A stretch of 38,961 nucleotides of DNA from an uncultured bacterium (GCA_964372275.1 CAYJRR010000030.1:1-38961); one strand, 5' to 3'; counted from the stretch's first letter, positions 7,774 through 15,826 are shown. The notes: a model not told the origin generated them from the letters alone. Made by a program: numbers and translations.

Positions 7774-9684
7774 TCACTTTCCGGCGCAGGTCGAGAAGAG
7801 GACGCCGAACAGGAACAGCACCGATCCTCCGGCGGCCAGCAGGAGGATCATCCCCATTCCGGGCTTGTCGTCCTCCTCGTCGACCGGCGCCGACGCCCTC
7901 TTCGATCGCTCGGCCGGTCGGCCTCGGCTCTGAGCGGCGGCCGCACGGCTCGGATTCGCGGCGGCGCGACCTTGACCGGAGGCCGCGGCGAGCGGCCGTC
8001 CCTTGGTCCCGTGGAGCGCTCGTTCGCGGGCGGCGCGGGTCGTGGCCGGCTCCGCGAGGCTCTCCTCGGACGACGGCTCGGCCGGCTGCGCGCCGCGGCG
8101 GCCCGGCGCCGCGCCGGCGGGCGCCTCGTGAGGGGCCTCGGCGCGAAGCGGGGAGGAGGACCGGCTCGATCCCGTTCGGAAACTGCTCCGGTCGGTGGTG
8201 AAGGTCGATTCGGAGGGTGACACCGCGGTGTCGCCGGAGTCGGAGGAGGCGGCATGGGGCCGGGTGCGTGACGGTTCGGCCGTCGGCATCTCGACGGAGA
8301 CCTCGCGCCGGACCTCCGCCGTGTCGCTCTCCATCTCCGGACCGATCGGGCGGGTCCGCGCCGTCGACCGGCTTTGGCGTTCCACCTCGATCGTCCGCTC
8401 GGCGCTGATCGGCTCGCCCGTCGACGGCGTGATCAGGACGGGAGCCGTCTTTTTCTCCACCACCCGCCCGCTGCCCGGGATCAGGACGCGGTTGATCTCC
8501 TCCTCGATGTTCTCCAGGGCGCCCGTTCCGAGCGTTCGCGAGGCGGAGCGTTCCTCCAGCACCGATTCCTGCGGATCGGCTGCCTGCGCCACGGCCGGCG
8601 TGTGTTCGCCCAGCTTCGACGCGATCTCGACCGAGAAGCTCTTTCCGAAGACCCGCGAGATCGACTGCCCCTCGCCGTCGGAGATGTCGAGGCGCAGCTT
8701 CCCGGAAGTCTTGTCGGCGTCGGAGAGGACGTCGACCCGGATCTCCTCGGAGAAAACCGACTTCATGAACGCCGCGAGGTTGCTGGTGGTGAAGTTGAAG
8801 GTCGACGAATAGAAGAACCGGGTCAGCTCGTCTTTGAGCTCGGTCGCGGTCTGGTAGCGATCGCCGGGCTCCTTGGCCAGCGCCTTGAGGACGATGTTCT
8901 CCAGCTTCTTGGGGATGCTCTTGTTGTACTTCGACGGCGGTTCGACCTTCGCCTCGCGCACCCGCTCCAGGATCGACAGATCGCTCTCGCCACGGAACGG
9001 CTTCTTCTCGGTCAGCATCTCGTAGAGGACGATGCCGGTGGAGAAGATGTCGGTGCGGCGGTCGACAGCGAGTCCGGAGGCCTGCTCCGGGCTCATGTAT
9101 TCGTACTTCCCCTTCACCACGCCGGCTTCGGTCTCCCGGATGTTGACCGTCGCCTTGGCGATCCCGAAGTCGGTGATCTTGACCTCCCCCTCGTAGCTGA
9201 TCATCACGTTCTGCGGGGAGACGTCGCGGTGGACGATGTTCATCTCCCGCGGGCCGGTGGAGGTCATCTCGGTCTTGGCGTGCGCGTACTCCAGCCCCTT
9301 GCAGACCTCGATGGTGACGAAGACGGCGTGCTGGATGAACAGCGGCATCCCGATCTGATCGCATCGGGACATGAGGGCCCGGAGGTCCTTCCCCTCGATG
9401 TACTCCATCGCGATGAAGTAGCTGTCTTCGATCTTCCCGAGGTCGTAGATCTGCACGATGTTGGCGTGGCTCAACATCACGGCGATCTTCGCCTCGTTGA
9501 TGAGCATGTCGATGAAGTCCTTGTTCTCGCTCAGGTGCGGAAGGATCCGCTTGATGGCGAGGTACTTCTCGAAGCCGCCGACCCCCTTCGTCCGGGTCTT
9601 GAAGATCTCCGCCATCCCGCCGACGGCGATCTTTTCGAGAAGCTCGTACTTCCCGAAGGGGATGATCTTGGGTTCGCGTCCCAT
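7774..9684 (-). CDS. Hanks-type Ser/Thr protein kinase, tail-anchored
   Basis: Kinase subdomains are present: GxGxxA (IAVGGMAEIF), the VAIK-like AIKRI, HRDVSPQNVM and DFGIAK. A ~250-aa Ser/Arg/Ala/Pro-rich disordered region follows. A hydrophobic segment closes the protein at the extreme C-terminus (MGMILLLAAGGSVLFLFGVLFST). Confidence 0.9.
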   Translation of the reverse strand: MGREPKIIPFGKYELLEKIAVGGMAEIFKTRTKGVGGFEKYLAIKRILPHLSENKDFIDMLINEAKIAVMLSHANIVQIYDLGKIEDSYFIAMEYIEGKDLRALMSRCDQIGMPLFIQHAVFVTIEVCKGLEYAHAKTEMTSTGPREMNIVHRDVSPQNVMISYEGEVKITDFGIAKATVNIRETEAGVVKGKYEYMSPEQASGLAVDRRTDIFSTGIVLYEMLTEKKPFRGESDLSILERVREAKVEPPSKYNKSIPKKLENIVLKALAKEPGDRYQTATELKDELTRFFYSSTFNFTTSNLAAFMKSVFSEEIRVDVLSDADKTSGKLRLDISDGEGQSISRVFGKSFSVEIASKLGEHTPAVAQAADPQESVLEERSASRTLGTGALENIEEEINRVLIPGSGRVVEKKTAPVLITPSTGEPISAERTIEVERQSRSTARTRPIGPEMESDTAEVRREVSVEMPTAEPSRTRPHAASSDSGDTAVSPSESTFTTDRSSFRTGSSRSSSPLRAEAPHEAPAGAAPGRRGAQPAEPSSEESLAEPATTRAARERALHGTKGRPLAAASGQGRAAANPSRAAAAQSRGRPAERSKRASAPVDEEDDKPGMGMILLLAAGGSVLFLFGVLFSTCAGK

Positions 9685-9930
9685 TCGCGGGCCCCTTGCG
9701 GGAACGGCTGGCGTTCCCGGCGCGCTTTCTCGAAAGCGCGCGAGTTCGCGGAGTTAGTATACCCGTGTGCGGCGGGGTCGGAAAAAGGACCGGTCTTCCA
9801 GCATCGATGGGGCGGCGGGCGTACTTTTTCGCGACAAATGCGCCGCAGCCGGCCCTCGAAGGGTCCGCAGTCCATTCGCAACCGCCCGGATTTCCAGGTG
9901 GGAGGCGGCGTCGCGCGGGGTCGAACCCCG

Positions 9931-9946
9931 TGGCACGCCACCTGCA
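9931..9946 (+). promoter_or_regulatory. Sigma-54 (-24/-12) promoter candidate for flp1
   Basis: TGGCACG-ccac-CTGCA matches the TGGCAC-N5-TTGCA consensus with one mismatch and correct GG/GC spacing. It lies ~27 nt upstream of a GAGGGA RBS and the flp1 GTG. Confidence 0.5.
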
Positions 9947-9972
9947 CAACTCCGACGACGAGGGACGACACC

Positions 9973-10170
9973 GTGAGACGATTTCTTCGAGACGAATCGG
10001 GACAAACCGCGACGGAGTACATGCTGATCATCTCCGTGGTGGTGATCGCCATCGTGGCCGCCGCCTACGTCTACCTTCCGCAGTTCCAGCAGGGCGTCGC
10101 CTCGCTGGCGAACGACGTCAGCACGATCCTGGACGACGGCTGCATCAACCGGAACTGCACGCGAAACTAG
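9973..10170 (+). CDS. flp: Flp/Fap prepilin, paralog 1
   Basis: A 65-aa product. The leader ends in G, followed by the QTATEY Flp motif (G/XXXXEY). A hydrophobic helix follows (MLIISVVVIAIVAAAYVYL). The C-terminal tail carries two Cys residues (CINRNC). The start is in frame with the track ORF ending at 10170. Confidence 0.8.
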   Translation: MRRFLRDESGQTATEYMLIISVVVIAIVAAAYVYLPQFQQGVASLANDVSTILDDGCINRNCTRN

Positions 10171-10196
10171 GCTTGCGTTCCACGGCGGGGGCGTCG

Positions 10197-10376
10197 ATGG
10201 GCCGACGGAAGAACGCGCGAGGCCAGGCGGCGGTCGAGTACCTGCTCGCGATCTCGGTCATCGTGGTCGCGGTGGCGGCCGCCTTCTACAGCATCCTGCA
10301 GGACCGGAACGGCAACCAGCGACTGGGCAAGGCGTTCGAGAACGCGCGCAACGTCGTCGAAGCGCCCTACCCGTAA
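10197..10376 (+). CDS. flp: Flp prepilin, paralog 2
   Basis: A 59-aa product: MGRRKNARG/QAAVEYLLAISVIVVAVAAAFYSIL. It starts 26 nt after flp1, so it is probably co-transcribed. Confidence 0.8.
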   Translation: MGRRKNARGQAAVEYLLAISVIVVAVAAAFYSILQDRNGNQRLGKAFENARNVVEAPYP

Positions 10377-10395
10377 CGCGCACGCCGCTCCCTTC

Positions 10396-10884
10396 TTGAC
10401 CGGCATGGTCGCGCTCTCCGCCCTCGCCCTCGCGGTTTCGGTCCTCGCGACCGTGACCGACCTCCTCGAACGGAAGATCTTCAACTGGCTGACTCTGCCG
10501 GCGCTGGGGCTCGGCGTCGCGCTGCACGCCACCCCCGGCGCGGCGCCGTGGTGGACGGGGCTCGCCGGATCGCTCGCGGTCGGTCTCCCCTTCTTCGTCC
10601 TCTACGCAACCGGGGTGATGAAGCCGGGGGATGTGAAGCTCTTGATGGCGCTCGGGGCGATCCTCGGTCCACGGCAAGGGATCGAGATCGGCGTGGCGTC
10701 GATCATGCTGCACGGACCGATCAGTCTCGCGCTCCTGGTCGGGCACCGCCGACTCGGAAATCTGCTCGCGATGTGGCGCGCGGGATGGAGCTCCGACCGG
10801 GCGCTGCTGGCCCCCTACGGATTCTCGATCGCGCTGGCGGTCTTCGGATCGGTCGCCTATCACCTGGCCGGCCGGTCCGGCTGA
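10396..10884 (+). CDS. tadV: Prepilin peptidase (A24 family), CpaA/TadV-like
   Basis: A 162-aa polytopic membrane protein carrying DLLERKIFNWLTLPAL and a second acidic-residue region, typical of CpaA/TadV. It sits directly after the two flp genes. A TTG start is at 10396; an ATG alternative is at 10405. Confidence 0.75.
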   Translation: MTGMVALSALALAVSVLATVTDLLERKIFNWLTLPALGLGVALHATPGAAPWWTGLAGSLAVGLPFFVLYATGVMKPGDVKLLMALGAILGPRQGIEIGVASIMLHGPISLALLVGHRRLGNLLAMWRAGWSSDRALLAPYGFSIALAVFGSVAYHLAGRSG

Positions 10885-12623
10885 GGCGACACCGCGCCGA
10901 GCAGCAACGGGTGGACCTCCTCCGGCAGGAGCGTGCCGAGCTCCTTTCCGGGCGGAAAGGCCGGCCCCCGAGCGAAGAGCACACCATCGCCCGAATGCCA
11001 GTTGCCGAACAGCGCGTTCTCCTGGCGCGCCATCCCGTGGTCGCCGATCACCAGCGTGGTGGTCCGCTCGTCGCCGGGCTCGAGGAGCCATGCGATCTTG
11101 CGATCGAACCGGTTCAGGTACGCCGCCATGAACGGCGCGAGACGTTTCGAGTCGTCCGGCGAGAACCCGGGCACCTGCCCCCGTTCGTCGGGAAGGAGGA
11201 CGTGCGCCGTCAGGTCGACCCCTTCGAAGTAGACCGCCAGGACGGACGGCTGCCGATCGTCGCGAAGGTGGCGCGCCGCCTCCCCGCACGACTGGGTGTT
11301 CAACCAGCCGTAATAGGCGTTCGAGAAGGCGTGGGTGCGCGCCGATTCCACCGTTCCGACCGCCTGCCGCTCGACGAACGCGGCGATCTCCTCGTCGCGG
11401 AGCGGTACCAGGTTCACCAGCTCCGGATCGGGCGGCTCCCCGGCGGCGCGCCGGAACGGCGCGATCCGGGACTCCGTTTCGGCGGGCCAGACGAGGTGCT
11501 CCTCCTCCGCGCGGTAGTGGAAGAGGAGCTCGGTCTTCGACGGAGCCCATCGATCGGAGACGTTGACCCCCGACACCGGCTCCACCGGCCAGGTCGCGGG
11601 CCAGCAGACGAGGCCGATCCGGCCCAGCGCCGGCAGCTTCCAGAACGGCGTCCCGCGGCGGTGCAACCGCGTGGCGGGAAGGATCGAGATCCAGCCGGCG
11701 CGCCAGGCCCCGAGCAGGGGGACGGCGAGCAGCCCCGAGACCGGGTCGGTGTAGAGTCGGTCGACGGGGATCGTTCCGAACGCCGGATCGTTGACGAAGA
11801 ACTCGAAGTTCGAGATCCGGTGCTTCGACGGCGGTAGCCCGGTGGCGATCGAGGTCCAGATCCCGGACGACAGTTGCGGAGGCGCGCTTCGCACCGAACC
11901 GACCGCCGCCGATGCCGCGAATCGCGAGAGGGCCGGCATCTCGTCCGCGTAGGTCCGAACGAGATCGAGCCCCAGACCGTCGATCGCGACGACGACCAGC
12001 CGCGGAAACGGAGCCGCCTCGGCAACGCCGGCGGCGTCGATGCCGTCGTCCCCTCGAGCCGGCCCTTGTCCCGTGAAGAGGGCCGCCACGACGAGGAGCG
12101 CCGCGGTGCCGCCGGCGAAGGGCCCCGCCTTCGCCGGGCTCGCGGAGAGGCGATCGACCCATCGGCTCGCCAGCCGCGCGCAGAGGACGGCGGCGGCGAT
12201 GCCGACGAGCGGCGCGACGAGCAGACGGACGTTCGACACGCCGCTCAACAGCCCGACCTGACGTCCGGTCCACCGGACCAGCGCGAAGACCGCTCCTCCG
12301 GCGGCAAGCAGCGGAGGGAGCACGAGGAAGAGCCCTTCGACGAACGATGCCAACTCGGTGCGCGCGGGGATCCGTTTCCGGCGGCGGTGAAGGTGGAGGA
12401 GCGCGGCCGGGATCGAGGCGACGGCGCCGGCGACGACCGCCGCGAGGATCGTCGCGGCCGGGGGGATCGCGTCGATTCGAAGGGCCGCGATCACCGTGTA
12501 GCCGGCGCCCACCAGACCCGAGCCGGCGACCGCCCACCGAGCGCTTCCCGCCATCTTTGGCTCGCACTCTACCACCGGCAGCCCGCGTCGCGCCGGGGGC
12601 AGAGAATCCCCCAAACGCGACAA
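10860..12623 (-). CDS. Membrane-anchored alkaline-phosphatase-superfamily enzyme (type I phosphodiesterase / nucleotide pyrophosphatase-like)
   Basis: About four to five N-terminal TM helices. The catalytic domain has the metal-site motif VVVAIDGLGLDLV near its start and LVIGDHGM near its end. It is convergent with tadV, with overlapping 3' ends. The likely start is M at 12555 (MAGSARWAV...). Confidence 0.7.
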   Translation of the reverse strand: MSRLGDSLPPARRGLPVVECEPKMAGSARWAVAGSGLVGAGYTVIAALRIDAIPPAATILAAVVAGAVASIPAALLHLHRRRKRIPARTELASFVEGLFLVLPPLLAAGGAVFALVRWTGRQVGLLSGVSNVRLLVAPLVGIAAAVLCARLASRWVDRLSASPAKAGPFAGGTAALLVVAALFTGQGPARGDDGIDAAGVAEAAPFPRLVVVAIDGLGLDLVRTYADEMPALSRFAASAAVGSVRSAPPQLSSGIWTSIATGLPPSKHRISNFEFFVNDPAFGTIPVDRLYTDPVSGLLAVPLLGAWRAGWISILPATRLHRRGTPFWKLPALGRIGLVCWPATWPVEPVSGVNVSDRWAPSKTELLFHYRAEEEHLVWPAETESRIAPFRRAAGEPPDPELVNLVPLRDEEIAAFVERQAVGTVESARTHAFSNAYYGWLNTQSCGEAARHLRDDRQPSVLAVYFEGVDLTAHVLLPDERGQVPGFSPDDSKRLAPFMAAYLNRFDRKIAWLLEPGDERTTTLVIGDHGMARQENALFGNWHSGDGVLFARGPAFPPGKELGTLLPEEVHPLLLGAVSPQPDRPAR

Positions 12624-12715
12624 TTCCTCCTCAGGGCGGTCGAAGGGGTCCGGGCCCGTCCTTCAACCATTTGCCGTAGAAGGGAAATTTTCGGCGAGGC
12701 GCAGGCGGCGTCGGG

Positions 12716-12731
12716 TGGCACGTCGGCTGCA
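12716..12731 (+). promoter_or_regulatory. Sigma-54 promoter candidate for flp3
   Basis: TGGCACG-tcgg-CTGCA has the same spacing and the same single mismatch as the flp1 site. Confidence 0.5.
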
Positions 12732-12806
12732 CAAACCGTCCTCGAAGGCCGTTGGGGGCAGCCAACGATTTACGAACAGACGACGAACGAGACGAGGAGA
12801 ACGACG

Positions 12807-13013
12807 ATGATCAAGAACTTCCTTCGCAACGAAGAGGGCCAGACGGCGACCGAGTACATGCTCATCATTTCGGTCGTGGTCATCGCGATCGTTGCCGCCG
12901 CCTATGCGTTCCTTCCGCAGTTCCAGGCCGGCGTGCAGGCGCTCGCCAGCGACGTGAAGACGATCCTGTCGGGCGGCAACATCGGCGGGTCCGGCGTCCA
13001 GCGCAACAACTGA
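12807..13013 (+). CDS. flp: Flp prepilin, paralog 3
   Basis: A 68-aa product: MIKNFLRNEEG/QTATEYMLIISVVVIAIVAAAYAFL, with a Gly-rich tail (SGGNIGGSGVQRNN). The ATG is in frame with the track ORF ending at 13013. Confidence 0.8.
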   Translation: MIKNFLRNEEGQTATEYMLIISVVVIAIVAAAYAFLPQFQAGVQALASDVKTILSGGNIGGSGVQRNN

Positions 13014-13037
13014 TCGATTTTCGAGAGAGGGGAGGGA

Positions 13038-13080
13038 GGGTCGGCGCACCGAAAGGGCGCGCCGACCCTGCCTTCGTTTC
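13038..13080 (+). terminator. Stem-loop (10-bp GC stem) followed by a T-rich tract, after flp3. Possible partial terminator or attenuator
   Basis: GGGTCGGCGC - loop - GCGCCGACCC, followed by TGCCTTCGTTTCC. The flp4 GTG follows only ~15 nt later, so read-through probably continues. Confidence 0.35.
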
Positions 13081-13094
13081 CGGGAGGTCGGGCG

Positions 13095-13307
13095 GTGCGG
13101 CGTCGTCTCGAACACAGAGCGAGATCGCGGACCGGTCAGACGGTGACGGAGTACCTCCTCGTCATCACCGTATTCGTGATCGCGATCGCCGCCGTGGTCT
13201 ACGACCCGATCGCCGCCGCCTTCCTCGACGGGACCGACGGTTTCTACAAGACCGCGGTGCAGGGCGCGGAGACCGGCGGCTACGACGTGACGAACGGACA
13301 GCGGTAG
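13095..13307 (+). CDS. flp: Flp prepilin, paralog 4
   Basis: A 70-aa product: VRRRLEHRARSRTG/QTVTEYLLVITVFVIAIAAVVY. GTG start. Confidence 0.75.
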   Translation: MRRRLEHRARSRTGQTVTEYLLVITVFVIAIAAVVYDPIAAAFLDGTDGFYKTAVQGAETGGYDVTNGQR

Positions 13308-13313
13308 CCCGAT

Positions 13314-13535
13314 CTACTGTCCGCGAGGGGCCGGTCCGCCGTAGCTGTCGTCGGCGAACCATCGCTCGAAGTCGGCCATGAAGGCGTCGATCCCCTGCTG
13401 GAGCGGCGGATAGAACTCGTAGCCGGCCGCCACCACCGCCAGCACGATCACGCTGATCGCCAGCATGTATTCGGTCGACGCCTGACCGCGATTCCGGCCG
13501 AATCGCCGCCCGAGCCGCCGAAAAGGGATTCGCAT
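13314..13535 (-). CDS. flp: Flp prepilin, paralog 5 (minus strand)
   Basis: The C-terminal 73 aa of track ORF 13314..13931 read MRIPFRRLGRRFGRNRG/QASTEYMLAISVIVLAVVAAGYEFY. The upstream part of that ORF is Arg-rich junk. It is convergent with flp4, with only 6 nt between the stop codons. Confidence 0.7.
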   Translation of the reverse strand: MRIPFRRLGRRFGRNRGQASTEYMLAISVIVLAVVAAGYEFYPPLQQGIDAFMADFERWFADDSYGGPAPRGQ

Positions 13536-13815
13536 CGAGCTCACGACCGCCAACCGCAGCAAGAATCGTACATCGCGCCAAGCCCTCGCAGCGCCGTCGA
13601 AACTCGTCAGCGGATCCGGGGGGTTCCGGGTCGGTCGCCACCCAGCGCTGCGGAGTTGTTGTCGCAAAGCCGCCCGCGCGACCCCGTACCGGCCCCGAGA
13701 CGTCTGCCAACCGCCTGACCTACAATCGAATCGCGGCCGGGCCGGGAACGGCGCGCCGGGAACGAAAGATGCAGCGCTACGAAGCGGGTTCCTCCAAGAA
13801 CCTCCGGAGGTTGGC

Positions 13816-14910
13816 GTGGTCGGACGACGGCGAAACGGGGAACGCGGGCAGGCGGCGGTGCTGCTGGCGATTCTCTGCTTCGTCCTGGTGCTGATGATCG
13901 CCTTCACCACCAACCTCGGAAAGCTGGTCACCGAGAAGATGGCGATGCAGAACGCCGTCGACCTCGCCGTCTATTCCGGGGCCGCGACCCAGGCCGGCTA
14001 CCTCAACAAGATGCGGGAGATCAATCACGACATCTGGAAGGTGCACAACGAGGTTCGCGAGAAGTTTGCGATGAGCGGCGAGGCCGGGATCGGAAATCCA
14101 TTTTTCCAGCAGCCGGGAATCGTCCAGGCCTGCGGCCCGATCTACACCACCGGACCGCTGACCGCGCCGCAGGCGGAGCAGTTCAAGACCCAGAAGAAGA
14201 TGGAGATCCAGAATCTCCGGTTCGACTTTCAACAGGCCAATCAAGCCGCTCCCGGTGCCTCCTTGAACGCCGCGCGTCAGGCGGCGAATCTCAACTTTGC
14301 CGGAACGGGACAATCGGGCCGATTCAACCTGAAGTCCCCGATGTCGTCGGCGCTCTTCCCGGCGGGAAGTGATCAGATCCATTGGGACTACTCCGGCTGG
14401 TCCTACTCTGTCTGCGGGATCATCCCCAACGGTCCGGTCTACGCCGAGTTCGTCACCCAGGACCAGGCCGACAGCTGGTTCTACTGGGACTCCGATCCGG
14501 GCGAGATCCTGTTCGCCGCCGGCATCGAGAACGCGGCGCCGTTGAGCCCCTTCGTCGACGTGGGGAGCATCGGCGGCTGGTACTTCTCGAAGTGCTCCAC
14601 CGGCGGGATGAACACCGCGGGTCGGTGTCCGATGCCGGTCTACGCCGCGGCGCACCCGTTCTTCGGCAAGATGGGGACGATGAAGAGCGGACCCGACGCG
14701 TCGGAATGGACCGGCCCCTCCGACGACTTCATCAACAATCCGGATCCGAAGGCGATCGACAAGAACGACCTCGACGACTACAAGGTGAGGGGCGGGACCT
14801 ACCAGGACTACCAGGCGCGGTTCATCGGGATCTTCGAACAGAACGCCAACGTGCTCGGCGGGTCGCAGCTGCTCTCGCAGGTGCCGAGCGGAAACCAGAT
14901 GGATCACTGA
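13816..14910 (+). CDS. TadG-like / TadE-G pseudopilin with a large C-terminal domain
   Basis: The N-terminus (RRNGERGQAAVLLAILCFVLVLMIAFTTNLG) fits the Tad pilus-assembly TadE/G-like N-terminal domain. A ~300-aa extracellular domain follows. Confidence 0.65.
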   Translation: MVGRRRNGERGQAAVLLAILCFVLVLMIAFTTNLGKLVTEKMAMQNAVDLAVYSGAATQAGYLNKMREINHDIWKVHNEVREKFAMSGEAGIGNPFFQQPGIVQACGPIYTTGPLTAPQAEQFKTQKKMEIQNLRFDFQQANQAAPGASLNAARQAANLNFAGTGQSGRFNLKSPMSSALFPAGSDQIHWDYSGWSYSVCGIIPNGPVYAEFVTQDQADSWFYWDSDPGEILFAAGIENAAPLSPFVDVGSIGGWYFSKCSTGGMNTAGRCPMPVYAAAHPFFGKMGTMKSGPDASEWTGPSDDFINNPDPKAIDKNDLDDYKVRGGTYQDYQARFIGIFEQNANVLGGSQLLSQVPSGNQMDH

Positions 14911-15263
14911 TGATCGAACGTCGACCGCGTCGGACGAACGAGAAGGGCCAGTCGGCCGTCGAGGTCCTCTTCGGGATCCCGGTGCTGCTTACGATCTTCG
15001 TGCTCGGCTTCCAGCTCTTCGAGATCACCTGGAACGCGCAGTACGCGCACGTGCGAAGCCGCCAGGAGATGATGAACTTCGCGGCGCATCGGCCGTGCTT
15101 CGCCAACAACGACGGCGGAACGAACTCGCTCGGGAACGGCACCATCTCCCCGTCCCAGGCGCGGATCGACGCCACCCTCAACCCCGGAGCGCCGGGCTCC
15201 CCGGGACTGGTCCGCAGGCGCCAGATCCGGCACCGGGCCTCGGTCTACTGCAACCAACCGTGA
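14910..15263 (+). CDS. TadE-like minor pilin
   Basis: MIERRPRRTNEKGQSAVEVLFGIPVLLTIFVLGFQLFEI matches the TadE N-terminal domain. The start overlaps the upstream stop (TGATG). Confidence 0.65.
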   Translation: MIERRPRRTNEKGQSAVEVLFGIPVLLTIFVLGFQLFEITWNAQYAHVRSRQEMMNFAAHRPCFANNDGGTNSLGNGTISPSQARIDATLNPGAPGSPGLVRRRQIRHRASVYCNQP

Positions 15264-15265
15264 CG

Positions 15266-15826
15266 ATGAACGCGCCGAAACGATCGATCCTGCGAAGCCA
15301 GCGCGGCCAGTCGACGGTCGAGCTGGCGCTCATGATGCCGATCGTCTTCACCGTCTTCTTCTGGATGTTCGAGTCGAACATCCTGATGTCCGGGATGCAC
15401 ATGACGGCGTACGGCGCCTACGTCGGCGCCCGCGCGCATCTCGTCGAGAACCAGGACAACGGCGTCCGCGAGCGCTCCGCGGTCCGGCGGGTTCTCACCG
15501 GCGGGATCTTCCGACAGAACTACTTCATGGGCGGTCGCTCGCCGCTGTTCCAGGTCTACGCGACGAACCGAGGCTCGATGATCGGACCGGGCACCGCGCC
15601 GTCGCACACCGCCTCCAGCGATGGGGTGGTGGTGACGGTTCCGATGTTCGCCTCTCTGCCCTACGTCCGGCACCTGTTCAACCTCGACGCGAGCGGAAAT
15701 CCCCGCGCGCCGCTCGGGATCCCCACCCACCTCGGCCCCGACGAGTGGACCGGGAACAGCGATCAGCGGTGGGGACTCGGAACGGGCTGCCAGCTCACCG
15801 ACAACAATCTGACCGACGACTGCTGA
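15266..15826 (+). CDS. TadE/TadF-like minor pilin
   Basis: MNAPKRSILRSQRGQSTVELALMMPIVFTVFFWMFE matches the TadE-like N-terminal domain. It is in frame with track ORF 15095..15826. Confidence 0.65.
   Translation: MNAPKRSILRSQRGQSTVELALMMPIVFTVFFWMFESNILMSGMHMTAYGAYVGARAHLVENQDNGVRERSAVRRVLTGGIFRQNYFMGGRSPLFQVYATNRGSMIGPGTAPSHTASSDGVVVTVPMFASLPYVRHLFNLDASGNPRAPLGIPTHLGPDEWTGNSDQRWGLGTGCQLTDNNLTDDC

Noticed and set aside
9902-9912. Shared 11-mer aggcggcgtcg upstream of both flp sigma-54 sites as an enhancer element
   Set aside because: The spacing to the -24 element differs (18 nt versus 2 nt). The motif is simple GC-rich sequence that could recur by chance at this GC content.
7730-9949. 739-aa minus-strand ORF overlapping the kinase gene, plus the 8374..10170 plus-strand ORF
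   Set aside because: Both are Arg-rich antisense or out-of-frame shadows of the real kinase gene. Only the last 65 codons of 8374..10170 (flp1) are coding.
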